Shown piece after piece: positions 11,969 to 24,548 of a stretch of 64,000 nt of DNA (within the stretch, counting starts at the first letter, position 1; each line of letters opens with the position of its first letter). The notes below the pieces were generated by a model that was given only the letters and a program-made list of their open reading frames with translations, did no database searches and had not been told where the DNA came from. Source of the DNA: Eledone cirrhosa. Lineage: Eukaryota. The position numbers and the translations under genes were made by a program. The stretch spans positions 40,114,001 to 40,178,000 of the forward strand of contig OZ024744.1 of assembly GCA_964016885.1 (NCBI GenBank). Direction: 5' to 3'.

Positions 11969-12053
11969 GGTGACATGTGTTTCGCTATTGATCAGCTCAA
12001 GGTTTGATCTAAGTCGTTATGGCCCAACTCTGGAATCAAAAGCTCATCAGACC
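11969..12053 (-). ncRNA. Type I hammerhead ribozyme with extended stem II
   Basis: rc: ggt CTGATGA gcttttgat..atcaatagc GAAAC acat GTC acc; intact core with a GUC site. Confidence 0.75.
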
Positions 12054-12298
12054 TCTGCTGTTGTAATGACAGAATGAACTTATAAAACAGAAATGTCTAA
12101 TGTTTCACATTCATATGGTGATCAGTTAATGTTGTTTTAATTGGTGGTTTAGCTATGTCCCCCCCCCCCCACTATCACACATGTCAAAATATTCCTCATA
12201 GCTAAACCACCAATCAAAACAACATTAACTGACCACCATATGTGAAACATTAGACATTTCTATGTTTTATAAGTTCATTCTGCCATTATCACAGCAGA

Positions 12299-12381
12299 GG
12301 TCTGATGAACTTTTGATTCTAGAGTCGGGCCAGATCGATACTGATAAAACCTTCAGCTGATCAATAATGAAACACGTCACC
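12299..12381 (+). ncRNA. Hammerhead ribozyme (mirror copy)
   Basis: ggt CTGATGA acttttgat..atcaataat GAAAC ac GTC acc. Confidence 0.65.
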
Positions 12382-12427
12382 ATAAATGTAATGAAGGCTT
12401 AACAAATTGTCCTTGTATTACTATATA

Positions 12428-12812
12428 TCATCATCATCATCATCATTTCATTTTACGTCCGCTTTTTCCCTGCCTGCAAGGGTGGGACTGGAACTGATTC
12501 TGGTTTGATTTCTACAGCTGGATGCCCTTCCTAACACCAACCTCATTTACAGTGAGTGCCGGGTGCTTTTTTACCATGGCGACGTTTACAATGTGGGCTG
12601 GGTGCTTTTTTGCCGTGGCATCTCCACGACCACTTTGCAATGGAATGATAGGGACCCCAGTCCCTATCATCTCATTTCTACAGCTGAGTAAACTGGAGCA
12701 ATGTGAAATAAAGTGTCTTGCTCAAGGAAACAACACATCACCCAGTCTGAGAATTGAGCTCACAACCTTTCGATTGCAAAGCGAATGCTCTAACCACTAA
12801 GCCATGTGCCTC
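12428..12812 (-). mobile_element. SINE family B (tRNA head, CORE-like domain, RTE-derived tail)
   Basis: rc: GAGGCACATGGCTTAGTGGTTAG..GAGCTCAATTC..CCTTGAGCAAGACACTT..GGAAGGGCATCCAGC..(GAT)n. Confidence 0.9.
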
Positions 12813-12827
12813 CATATATATATATAT

Positions 12828-13585
12828 ATCATCATCATCATCATCATTTTATGTCCACTTTTCCCTGCTTGCAAGAGTGGGAAGGACATCTCTCCACTTG
12901 TCATGGTCCTTTGTCATCTCGCCTGTGAGCTTCAGCGATCTGAGGTCCACCGTCACCACCTCCACCCATGTTTTTCGAGGTCCTCCTCTACTGCGTCTGC
13001 CTTCTACAGGGATTTCTTGGCACTTCTTTACCCAGCGGTCATCCTCCATGCACATCACATGTCCATACCATCTCAGTCTTCTCTCCTGCACACCACAACT
13101 TATCCCTCTTATACCCAGTTTCTCTCTCAACTCATTTATGCTTGGTCGTTCACGCACATTGACATTATTACACATCCAATAGAGCATACTTGCTTCATTT
13201 CTCTCCAGCCGTCTCCAGATGTTGCCCATGTTTCACTATCATGCAGCATCGCGCATCTCACACAGGCATCATATAACCAGCCTTTCGTACGCAGGGAGAA
13301 ACCCTTCTTTGTCAACAGAGGAAGCAGCTCCCTAAACTTCTTCCAATCTGTCCTTATTCTAGATACTATGACCTCGGAGCACCCTCTTCCCTTGCTAATC
13401 TGATCACCTAGGTACCGGAAGCTATCAATCACTTCTATAGCACCCACCTGCATTTGAAAAATGTGTTTAACACTGCGACTCCTATTGTCAAATTTCCCTG
13501 TACATCTACTGCATATGTAGTTTTCCCTACCTTTTGCCTGCTATCCCACTACATCTCTTGTGTACCCAAGATCTGTATTGTGTAC
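12828..13585 (-). mobile_element. 5'-truncated RTE LINE (related subfamily)
   Basis: ORFs 13136-13453 and 12849-13229 contain SFRYLG, LHDSETW, RLRWYGHV; (GAT)n tail. Confidence 0.9.
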
Positions 13586-13797
13586 ATTATATATATCTAA
13601 CCCATGCTAGCGTGGAAAATGGACGTTAAACGAAGATGATGATGATATATATATATACTACTACTAATAAACTGATAATGGATACCTAACTCAATACATA
13701 TAAGTTGGGTATGTAGTTTTATTGAAAGTGTAAAAGGAACAATTTGAGACATTGTACATTCTATATCTTCATTAATAGGTATATGATGAAGATGTTG

Positions 13798-13833
<36 letters not shown>

Positions 13834-13869
13834 ATGTGTGCATGCATGCACGTGTGTGTGTGTGTGTAC

Positions 13870-14190
13870 GCAAAAGGTAAACAGAAATAACAAAGCAAAC
13901 AACATAATACAATGAAGAACTCTGTGAAATATATTAGTTTTACACTTGATATAGTAGGAAAAGAGTCTTAATGTTCCGGACCCTAGTCCTTCATCAGAAA
14001 ATAAAATGAGAAATTAAAGGAGGTATAGAAAGATAGAGGAGAGTAGGTAGTGGCAGAAAGGAAAAAAATATTTCTTTGGGAAAAAACAGGTCTGTTCGGG
14101 TGGCCATCTCTTGGAAAACTGTTGAGTTCAACATTTTGGTGTGTAAAGTTTAGTTGGTCACGTTTTAAAATATTGTGATCAAATGTGTCT
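13870..14190 (-). mobile_element. PLE pLTR copy with a minimal hammerhead at 13966-14000
   Basis: rc: CTGATGA AGGAC tagg GTCC GGAACATTA aga; homologous to 28950-29057 and 50770-50992. Confidence 0.65.
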
Positions 14191-14283
14191 TTATTGCACT
14201 GAAAAGGAAAAAATATTTTTATATATAGAGTGGATATGTAGATGTGTGTGTGTGTGTGTATGTGTGTGTGTGTGTATGTGTGT

Positions 14284-14321
<38 letters not shown>

Positions 14322-14404
14322 TGTTTGTCTGTATGTAGTTATGAAGATATGTGTGTGTGTATTTGTATGTTTCAGAGAAAGTGTGTGTGTTTGTGTGTTG
14401 TTTG

Positions 14405-14927
14405 TCTGTACAAAGCTGTGAGGATATGTATGTGTATGTTTGTTGTTGGTCTGTACAAAGCTGTGTTTGTAAGTGTAGAGGTGTGTGTATGTTTGTTGTT
14501 GGCCTGTACAAAGCTGTGTTTGTAAGTGTAGAGGTGTGTGTATGTTTGTTGTTGGTCTGTACAAAGCTGTGTTTGTAAGTGTAGAGGTGTGTGTATGTTT
14601 GTTGTTGGTCTGTACAAAGCTGTGTTTGTAAGTGTAGAGGTGTGTGTATGTTTGTTGTTGGTCTGTACAAAGCTGTGTTTGTAAGTGTAGAGGTGTGTGT
14701 ATGTTTGTTGTTGGTCTGTACAAAGCTGTGTTTGTAAGTGTAGAGGTGTGTGTATGTTTGTTGTTGGCCTGTACAAAGCTGTGTTTTTAAGTGTAGAGGT
14801 GTGTGTATGTTTGTTGTTGGTCTGTACAAAGCTGTGTTTGTAAGTGTAGAGGTGTGTGTATGTTTGTTGTTGGTCTGTACAAAGCTGTGTTTGTAAGTGT
14901 AGAGGTGTGTGTATGTTTGTTGTTGGC
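14405..14927. repeat. 53-bp minisatellite, ~10 copies
   Basis: Unit TGTACAAAGCTGTGTTTGTAAGTGTAGAGGTGTGTGTATGTTTGTTGTTGGTC. Confidence 0.95.
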
Positions 14928-15057
14928 CTTTTGTTGAATTCTGACATTGGATTTTCAACCTGGAACTGGATTTTTACCCAGACTCTACCTCAACTTCCAC
15001 CTGGATATCTTTTCAGATCTCTGGATTTTCTCATTGATTTTTGCTTTACATATATAT

Positions 15058-15345
15058 ATAGGATAACAAGGTATAGTTTAAGGTAATCCAGCTAGAGGTT
15101 ATGAGTACTCTGTGTCAAGGATAGTTTTAACATACAGCGTTTTTTGATGATGAGTACTCTGTGTTGAGGATAGTTTTCAAGTATGGCATTATCTGACGAT
15201 TTGGTCGAGTATCGAGTATAATTAAGGTCGAGTGATGTAGCTTCTAATGATCAGCGACTTTTAGACACGCCGGACTAAAGAAACAATTGTTAATACTGTA
15301 AATAAACCTTATTGTACAGCCGACCATATTATTCTTCATTCTTTT
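15058..15345 (+). mobile_element. PLE-like pLTR with a long-stem-II hammerhead at 15186-15298
   Basis: CTGACGA tttggtc..gactaaa GAAAC aatt GTT aatactg; the tail matches 53600-53655 and the head matches rc of 53745-53835; flanked by (TA)n. Confidence 0.65.
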
Positions 15346-15389
15346 TCTCTCTATATATATAAGGAAGGATAATTATATCTTAAAGATGA

Positions 15390-16341
15390 TGCCTCACATT
15401 CATATTTACCTGAGGTGAAGATAGCCTTGTCCAGAAGTTGTCATCAGGCTGTGTCCAGCATTCATTGGGTGTTTCAACTCTGAATTATAACACCCTCTCA
15501 TTGGTGGGTCAGCATTGTTTGCCAAATCACTGCCCATCTTCTTCTGCCTTCCAGCTTATATCTTCTCTCCTTCTCCATAACCAACAAGAGGCTCTTTCTG
15601 CTGCCATCTTCTCTCTTCCTGTCATTCCAGTAGATGTAAGCATTCTCCATACTGATTGAGCTAGGAATCTCCTAAAGCTCACTTCACCTGGAAATGGCTT
15701 GTGACAGAATCAGTTAATTTTTTATTATGGGAGGCTATTTCACCATCTAATGTACAGTATGGGTTAAATGTACTTCCCAAATATGGGAACCTATGGACTA
15801 CTTTGAGTTTTTGTCTATCTATGCGAGTGAATGAACAACTAAATTGCAGTTGTCAGCATAAAGATCAGAAATGAGAGTTTTGAGGTCATTAGTCTTTGCA
15901 GCAAAGTGCTTGATATTGAAAAGCTTTCCTTCATTTCCTGATGAAGATACCATCATTACAATCCCTAAAGGCATGAATGAGAATGACAGGGATTTAGATA
16001 GAGAAAGGAGTAGGAACCATGAAATCACCTTACTTAACACCATTTTTAACTTTGATTAGCTCTGAAATGATGCCACTAATATTTACCCGACCCTCCCTGT
16101 CGTCATGAAAAGATTTAATTATATTAACAAAGTGTTCCGGACACTCCAATCTGACAAGAATCTCCCACAGAGCTGCTCTGGTCACCATATCAGAGCATTT
16201 GTTAAATCCACAAATACCTGATACAGGTTCAGTTATAGTTCGTAACACATTTCTTGAATTTGATGTGCTGTAAAGATCATATCAGTTATACTTCTTTTAG
16301 GCTGAAAGCCACATTGTGTTTCTGGTAAGATCAGGTTTGAT
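15390..16341 (-). pseudogene. Degenerate RTE (BovB-like) RT, 3' part
   Basis: ILPETQCGFQPKRSITDMIF, ALWEILVRLECPEHF, DLYADNC. Confidence 0.8.
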
Positions 16342-16575
16342 ACACTGCATCCTTCAAAACTTCCGTGCTTCCCAAAATTTGTCAACACTATACCTGATAT
16401 TTCCCCTCCATAATACCCGCACGCATGTATCTGTGTGTATATCATGACTCATACACTGTTCACTTTCCTGATATTTGTCCATTATTCTATATACTATACA
16501 TGCACCTTTGATGAGTTGTAGTGCACCTGAACACTGTACACAATAATTTTCATTATTATTATTATTATTATTATT
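16342..16575 (+). mobile_element. CR1-type 3' fragment with (TTA)n tail
   Basis: Matches 59591-59795. Confidence 0.85.
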
Positions 16576-16959
16576 GGCGACCTACATAGTAAATCGTATC
16601 ATCGTGAGCTCCGCAAAGGTTTGTTATTTTCAGTTATTTAAAATTGCCATTCATGGAAATTTTTTATTGTTAACTGTATATAAGTGCACATACATTGATT
16701 TCTGAAAAGGACACTCAAAAATATTGGGGCCTTGAGCCCAAAATTTAAACTTTTTATAATTATCAAACAAAAATTTTTCTCTGAAAAATAATGGCTGACT
16801 CAGAGTCACTCCTTCCTCACAATCCAACACCTCACACCGACATCACCATTGTAAACATTGCTACGTTTGCCAACACTGGAATTGTAAGCAGTAGCAATAT
16901 TTTAAATTTGTCTCAGGCAGACGTTCATTTCCCACCATTACCAATGACTGCAGGTGTTA

Positions 16960-17355
16960 AAGCCGCCACCACCATCACCACCACCGCGACAACCACCACC
17001 CCCATCACCACCACAGCGACAACAGAAACAAAAGGAAAAAATAAATTAACTCATGATATCGAAATGAATTCAACCAAAATGAACTCTTCCACACTGAACA
17101 CCACTGACGCCACCACCCCGACCACCACCAGAGCGACATCAGAAACAAAAGAAAAAAAAAATTAACTCATGATATCGAAATGAATTCAACCAAAATGAAC
17201 TCTTCCACACTGAACACCACTGACGCCACCACCCCACCACCACCACAGCGACAACAGAAACAAAATAAAAAAATAAATTAACTCATGATATCGAAATGAA
17301 TTCAACCAAAATGAACTCTTCCACACTGAACACCACTGACGCCACCACCACCACA
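16960..17355 (+). repeat. ~117-bp tandem triplication in the 5' part of copy 1 ORF1
   Basis: AAATTAACTCATGATATCGAAATGAATTCAACC recurs at ~17043, 17159 and 17275; single in copy 2. Confidence 0.85.
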
Positions 17356-17552
17356 ACTGAAACTAAAATTAACAATAGCAAAAATAACGATAATAACAAC
17401 AGCAACAATGAAATTAAGAAAACTACCCTGAGTTTTGCCAGAGTAGCAAAAACGTGCGAAGCGATCCAGGTAACTCAGGAAGAATTAGACAAAGCCAAAG
17501 GAATGGTAAAGAAAGATGGGTACAGGGTCAGCCTCACCCCTAACCTAATAAA

Positions 17553-18845
17553 ATGGAGCAACGTCACCTATGCACCGTGTCTAATCGGACAATAAACATA
17601 AAATCGCGCCGAGTGGAACGGGCATCTGAGTCCCAAATCCAAAAAGCTTTGGGACATATGTGGGCAAAAAAAACCCACATCAGACGTGGGCAGAAATATG
17701 GAACCGTGGACGTGTTCTTTGAAACACCACAGAAGGCCAGAGAACACTCCATGGCCCCATTAAGAAGTGACAACTTCACACTCATCCCAAGCTATTGTGG
17801 CCAGAGACTTGTGAAGATCAGGGTCACCCACGTTCCACCGGCCATCAAAATTCCCTCGCTAATGGCTGCCGTCCTCGCCAGCATCGAGGCCAACATCAAA
17901 ATAATAGAAATAGCAAAAGAAAAGCAGGAAAACTGGTCCGGATCTGGGATGGAGCTCCTGATCCAAGCGGACCATAAAAGCATTGAGGAGATCCCAGAGG
18001 TAATAGACCTCACTGACGGCAGCCACCTCACGGTAATCGTCGAGGGCAGAAGACCTAGGTGTGTCGTTTCTGGTGAAGGAATCCACCTAAGGGCTTTCTG
18101 CCCTCAGGATAAAAGGTTGAGGCCACCTCTCTTACCCACCCCAGTGACTCAACCATCAACACCACCAGCAGCAGAAATGGCAGCAACAACTGTAGCAGCA
18201 ACAACAGAAGCAACTGTAACAACAACAACCCCAGCAACAGTAGCAAAACCAACACCACCACCACCCAACGCGCCAGAACTAGCACCAGCACCTACACCAT
18301 CCACCACGCCACAACCAAAACCAACGCCTGTGGAGGATTTTCCACTCCCCGGCCTATCACAACTGGAGATAGATTGTGAAGACGAGGAGTGGGAAACGCT
18401 ATCAGGAAAAAAGAAAAAAAAAAGAAACCAAAAAAGAAAAAATTCTCTTCCCTCCCCCTCAAAAAACAAAATACAGAGGCAAACAAATAAATTATCGAAC
18501 AAGAAAGTTAAGACAGATATGCCACCATCCACACCAGCATCACCAACCCCATCACCACAAACACCAACACCATCACCATCATTAACCCCAACACCACCAT
18601 CACCTACACCACAAAAGTCACCAAAAAGTGAAACAGAAACAAACCCACAACAAACGCAAACAAAACAAAACAACCAAAATGATACACACTACACAGCATT
18701 AAATTTGAACAACAACCAATTATTACACTACATGCAACACAACACCAGCATCACAGAAAAAGACTACACAACAACCCGAAAGTTCACACCACCTCCGCAG
18801 AAATGCCCATTTGTACCGTCCTGTATTGTCCTGCACTGTCCTTAA
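17553..18845 (+). CDS. ORF1 (gag-like) of copy 1, disrupted
   Basis: RRM-like region, zinc knuckle mutated to CVVSGEGIHLRAFC, P/T-rich and basic segments. Confidence 0.75.
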   Translation: MEQRHLCTVSNRTINIKSRRVERASESQIQKALGHMWAKKTHIRRGQKYGTVDVFFETPQKAREHSMAPLRSDNFTLIPSYCGQRLVKIRVTHVPPAIKIPSLMAAVLASIEANIKIIEIAKEKQENWSGSGMELLIQADHKSIEEIPEVIDLTDGSHLTVIVEGRRPRCVVSGEGIHLRAFCPQDKRLRPPLLPTPVTQPSTPPAAEMAATTVAATTEATVTTTTPATVAKPTPPPPNAPELAPAPTPSTTPQPKPTPVEDFPLPGLSQLEIDCEDEEWETLSGKKKKKRNQKRKNSLPSPSKNKIQRQTNKLSNKKVKTDMPPSTPASPTPSPQTPTPSPSLTPTPPSPTPQKSPKSETETNPQQTQTKQNNQNDTHYTALNLNNNQLLHYMQHNTSITEKDYTTTRKFTPPPQKCPFVPSCIVLHCP

Positions 18846-19110
18846 TGTCTACTTTATGTAAACCCTTGTGGTTAATAAAGAAAACATTATTATTATTATT
18901 ATTGGCGACCTACGTAGGAAATCGTATTATCGTGAGCTCCGCAAAGGTTTGTTATTTCCGTTTGTTTAAAAATTGCCATTTATGGAAAATTTTATTGTTA
19001 ACTGTTTATAAGCACACATACATTGTTTTCCGAAAAGGACACCGAAAAAGATTGGGGCCTTGTGCCCAAAATTTTAACTTTTATTATTATCAAAAAATTT
19101 CTTTGAAAAA

Positions 19111-21095
19111 ATGGCTAATTCACCTCTGCAACAAGCAGCTGAAAGCCTTCCTCACAAAATAACACCTCACACCGACACCACCATTGTAAATGTTACTACG
19201 TTTGCCAACACAAAAAAAAATATAAGCAGTAGCAATATTTTAAATTTGTCTCAGGCAGACATTCATTTCCCACCATTACCAATGACTGCAGATGTTAAAC
19301 CCTCCACCACCACCACCACCGCGACAACCACCACCACCACCACCACCGCGACAACAGAAACAAAAGAAGAAAAAAATAAATTAACTCGTGACGTCGAAAT
19401 GAAATCAAGCAAAATGGACTCTTCCCCACCAAAGACGACTGACGTCACCACCACCACAACTGAAACTAAAATTAATATTAACGATAGCAACAACAACAAC
19501 AATGACATTATAACCCCCTCCTCAGTTTCGCCAGGGTAGCAAAGCAGTTCGAAGCGTTTACAGTAACACAGGAGGATTTAGAAAATGCCAAACAAATGGT
19601 AAAGAAAGATGGGTACAGAGTCAGCCTCACCCCCCCACCTAATAAAATGGAGCATCGGCGCCTATGCACAGTGTCGTATCGAATAATAAATGTAAAATCG
19701 CGCCGAGTGGAACGGGCATCCGAGTCCCAAATCCAAAAAGCTTTGGGACATGTGTGGGCAAGAAAAACCCACATCAGACGTGGGCAAAAGTATGGAACTG
19801 TGGATGTGTTCTTTGAAACACCAGAGGAGGCTAGAGAACACTCCATGGCCCCATTAAAAAGTGACGACTTCACACTCGTCCCAAGCTATTGTGGCCAGAG
19901 ACTCGTAAAGATCAGGGTGACCCACGTTCCACCGGCCATCGAAATTCCCTGGCTAATAGCGGCCGTCCTCTCCGGCATCGAAACCAACACGAAAATAATA
20001 GCAATAGCAAAAGAAAAGCAGGAAAACTGGTCCGGATCTGGGATGGAGCTCCTGATCCAAGCGGACCAAAAAAGCATTGAGGAGATCCCAGAGGTAATAG
20101 ACCTCACTGACAGCAGCCACCTCACGGTAATTGTCGAGGGCAGAAGACCTAGGTGTGTTGTTTGTGGTGAAGGAACCCACCTAAGGGCTTTCTGCCCTCA
20201 GGCTAAAAGGTTGAGGCCACCTCTCCTACCCACCCCAGTGACATAACCATCAACACCACCAGTAGCAGATATGCCAGCAACAACTGTAGCAGCAACAACA
20301 GAAGCAACTATAACAGCAACAACCCCAGCTACAGTAGCAAAACCAACACCACTACCACCACCAGCAAAACCAACACCACCACCACCCAACGATTCAGAAC
20401 TAGCACCAGCGCCTACACCATCCACCACACCACAACCAAAACTAACGGCTGTGGAGGATTTTCCACTCCCCGGCCTATCACAACTGGAGACAGATTGTGA
20501 CGACGAGGAGTGGGAAACGATATCCGGAAAAAAAAAAAGAAACCAAAAAAGAAAAAAATTCTCTTCCTTCCCCCTCCAAAAACAAAATACAGAGGGAAAC
20601 AAATAAACTAAGAAACAAAAAAGTTAGGACAGATATGCCACCATCCACACCAGCATCACCAACCCCATCAACCCAAACACCAACACCATCACCATCATTA
20701 ACTCCAACACCACCATCACCTACACCACAAAAGTCACCAAAATGCGAAACAGAAACAAACCCACAACAAACGCAAACAAAACAAAACAACCAAAACGATA
20801 CACACTACACAGCATTAAATTTGAACAACAAGCAATTATTACACTACATCCAACACAACACCAGCATCACAGAAAAAGACTACACAACAACCCCAAAATT
20901 CACACCACCTCCGCACATACAAATCACTCGCATGACACAGAAAACGTACATGTCATTAAACAAAAATTCCCCAAAGACATCGGAGACTTCCGACAAACAC
21001 TCTCCAGGAGGATTTATAAGGACATCCTTCCTGAGGAGGCCACAAGCAGTGAAAAGGATGGAAAAACCGTCCTTCCCCTACGAGAAGTAAGGTAA
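19111..21095 (+). pseudogene. ORF1 of copy 2 with CCHC zinc knuckle
   Basis: CVVCGEGTHLRAFC (Cx2Cx4Hx4C); split into ORFs starting at 19111, 19596, 20271, 20497 and 20742; ends PLREVR*. Confidence 0.85.
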
Positions 21096-21129
21096 GTGGT
21101 CTTTCCCATCTTTTCCACTCCTTTTCAAC

Positions 21130-24100
21130 ATGACCTCACTCAGAATAGGCAGCATAAATGCGCGTGGCTTGGGGTCGTCATGGAAGCAGGGCCACCTGCT
21201 CAACGACCTCAGGTCACTAAACATAGATGTAGTGGCCATCAGCGAGACCAGAATCTCCGAAGCACAGGCTTTCGCACCGATCTTCGGCAGCTACGATGTG
21301 TACGCATCTCCCAGCCGTCCGGGATCGGGGGGAGGAGTTGCTGTGCTTTTTCGGAGAGGTTTGGATCTTGCCATACGGGCCATCTTCCTGGACCCAGAAG
21401 GTAAGTTCGTGGTGCTGGACGTGACCAGCGGAGACGGGCAAGCTTTCAGGTTAGTGGCCGTCTATGCCCCGACAGGAGCAGGGCGGCCTGATTTCTTCCG
21501 GCGTCTGGAGACCTTTCTTGGAACGTCCCGCTCTTTAGTGTTAGTGGGCGACTGGAACGGGATCTTAGATGCACGCTGGGATTGTGTGGGATTAGTGGAT
21601 AGGGAAGGAAGGTGCAAGAGTCTCACCAACCTGCTCAGACGTTTTGAACTGTCTGACAGGTACCGAATGGATTTCCCGAATGTACCAATGTGGACTTGGA
21701 CAAATTGCATAGGGTCATCCAGATCATATCTAGATAGAGTATTTTGTAGGGAAATAGATAGGTCTAGCATAGGCTGTCCACAATTCAAGATAGTCAGCTA
21801 CACGGACCACAAATTCGTGATCTGTGTGCTTGACTTAGATAGGCTTCATAGACGAGGACCCGGCTACTGGAAGCTAAACGCGTCCTTACCAGCGCGCAAG
21901 GCCTACAGAGACCGGATTAGCGAACTAGTTAAGCGGGCGTTGACGGGGGCCATCGTCAACAACAAGTGGTGGTTTGCTCTGAAAAGAGCAATTAGAATAG
22001 AGTCCATTAGGTTTAGTAAGATTTAGCAATAGAGAAAAATAGAGCAGAGGGAGAATTAGTTAGAAAATTAGACAAGGCGCTTAGCAAAGGCATGGCGACC
22101 GACGTACTTGCGGCGAAATTGGCCCTTGACCAATTCTTCAATGCAAAGCATGAAGGCTGCGTTGTCAGAGCTAGGGTGCGTGCTCTCAGACACGAGGGGA
22201 CGAAAGCCGTTCAATGGGCCCGAGTGGCGGAGGCGCGTCGTGGCAACAAAGCCACGATCCGGTCTTTGGTGGACCACGACGGGCGCATGCTACTCGATCC
22301 CGGGCAAATGTGTGAAGCTTTTCAGCGACACTTCGCTCAACTGTTCGGGGGCAGTGGCGGGCCGGTTCGAGGGATGGACTTTAGTGTCTACCTCGACGGA
22401 CTGCCGCGGCTTTCGGCCACTGAGGCGGAGTGTTGCGAAAAGCCGATAACAACCGCTGAAGTACGGGATGCAATGACTAGTTGCACAAGGGGTAAATCGC
22501 CTGGTTTGGATGGTCTGCCCTATGAACTTTACGTACAAATGCCAAACTTGTTTGGAGGCCTCTTGGCAGACGTCTACTGCAACTGGCAACAGAACGGGAG
22601 AATTCCCAGCTCTGTGAGCCGAGGAGCGGTGGCACTGCTGAGAAAGGATCCGAACAAGGGGGATAACATAGATAATTTTAGGCCTATAACTCTGCTAAAC
22701 ACAGAGTTCAAGATTTTGGCCAAGGCGCTAGCAAAGAGGTTGGCGCTTGTCGTTGGTGGTCTGGTGGGAGAGGCACAGACATGCGCCATTCCCGACAGAT
22801 CCATCCACGACAACCGCCACCTCATGCGATACATCGTAGAGAGGGTAGCTAGGGAACCTGGCACGGGTGGGACCTTGATCAATTTAGATCAGTCGAAAGC
22901 CTTCGATAGGGTCGACCATCGTTACCTAACGGCAGTCCTGAGGGCGGCTGGCTTTGGGCCCGTCTTCAGAGGCTGGATCGCTGCCATGCACAGCGACATC
23001 TGCTCTGTAGTGAGAGTGAACGGTCACCTTTCGGAACCGTTCAACATCATGCGCTCGGTCCGCCAAGGATGTCCCCTCTCGTCCCTATTGTACGTATTGA
23101 CTCTCGAGCCATTACTGCACAAACTGGAGACGTTGAGGGGAGTCCCGCGCGAACTAGGATGCGGAAGATCCGTGTCAGCATATGCCGACGATGTCACCGT
23201 AGTGGTGTCGAACGCCAAACACATCGAGGCGATCGGCACTACACTAAGAGAATACGAAGCGGTGACAGGAGCAATGATCAACCAGGAAAAGTCAGTGGGC
23301 CTGCAGCTCGGCACCTGGAGAGGCAGGTCCATGCCGTCCAACAGCGTCGTCGGGCGCTGGACGCACGGACCGGTTAAATTGCTAGGGGTCTGGTTCGGTC
23401 CAGACCTCCAGACGGACAAAAACTGGGACGAGGTGACGAGCAGGGTGGCTTCTCTCACCCAGAAATGGGCCGAGAGGAAGCTATCCCTGAAAGGTCGAGC
23501 GGAGGTGGCGAATGCGTACATCGCATCCGTCATCTACTACCGCCTGACCGTCGTACCTTGTCCTAAGCCCCGCCTGACTGCGTTGGAGCGTTTGCTCTTT
23601 CGCTTCTTGTGGAAGGGACGCGCTCCGATGGTCAGGCGGTCCATCTGCTGTCAACACCCGCTACGTGGAGGGCTGGGCATGCCGTGGCTGATGATGCGCA
23701 GACACGCGCTCAGGCTACGACATCTCCACCTCTTCCTCGACGGTGATCAGGTGTGGTCACCGTTTGCAAGACACGTTTTTCCCCAGCCCGTCTCCTTGAC
23801 GGAGCTGCAGTCCTGGGTCAAGCGAAGACCGAGAAGGAGCGCTTGGAGACTGGAATGTCTTCAGGCGCTCACAGCCCTCGACCAATCGGGCAATGTGATC
23901 GGTGGAAACTCCACCTTGGCGTTCTATAGGGGATTAGTGGAGGGGAAGAGCGACGACGTACTTGGAGAAACTCTAGGCGTCGACGAAAATCAACTAGCCA
24001 ATCTCTTCGGAAGGACTTTCGGGCCGGGGCCTATGGACAACTTCCAGAAATCCCTGGCCTGGCAGTGCTACCGAGGAGCTTTGCCAGTTCGGGATAAACT

Positions 24101-24548
24101 CTACAGGCATGGAGGTGCCGTCAGCCGGGCATGTCCGATATGCGCGCAGGGCGACGAAACCGTCCTGCACGCATTCGTCCAGTGTCCGAGCATTGCCGAC
24201 TTGTGGGTTTATGTCAAACACCTGCTGTCACGTGTAGGACCTATCCGGCTATCAGCTGAGTCCATCGTGAGGATTGCCCCGCCCCCTTCCTTTAGCCTGG
24301 AAGGGCAGGCAGTTTTTATCTGTCTGGTGGCCATGGCGAAAGAGATAGTATGGTGGACACGTTTGAAAGGGCTGAAGACGAGCACTTACCTCTTCGGTGA
24401 TGCCCTGATTAACTTTTTCAAATTTCATTTGAAAAGGAAAATCAGGGTAGAGAGGGAAGTGCTCTCTTCCCAGCATTTTGTTGAAAGATGGGTGAGAGAA
24501 GCAAGTATGGCCCGAATGAATGGGCCTTCTCTGAGTATGTGTCTGTAA
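21130..24548 (+). pseudogene. ORF2 of copy 2 (APE-RT-zinc finger) with a 1-bp frameshift at ~22022
   Basis: SINARGL, GDWN, YLDRVF, YTDH, GPGYWKLN, KSPGLDGL, DQSKAFDRV, QGCPLS, YADDV, GGLG, CPIC..ETVLHAFVQC. Confidence 0.95.

Larger units (their letters stand above)
11921..12422. mobile_element. Inverted pair of PLE-like pLTRs (arms ~11921-12158 and 12197-12422), each with a hammerhead
   Basis: Arms are reverse complements around a ~40-bp spacer containing a C-run. Confidence 0.8.
16576..18885 (+). mobile_element. L1/Tx1-type copy 1: ORF1 only, ORF2 deleted
   Basis: Same 5' end GGCGACCTAC as copy 2; jumps from ORF1 to the 3' UTR at CGCA (18796-18799); ends AATAAAGAAAAC(ATT)n. Confidence 0.92.

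Noticed and set aside
13983-14958. Repetitive ORFs of 190-255 aa
   Set aside because: Translations of the 53-bp minisatellite and (CA)n
18796-18800. Copy 1 as a retrotransposed spliced mRNA
   Set aside because: No GT donor at the upstream breakpoint and the acceptor CAG is retained; CGCA microhomology explains the junction
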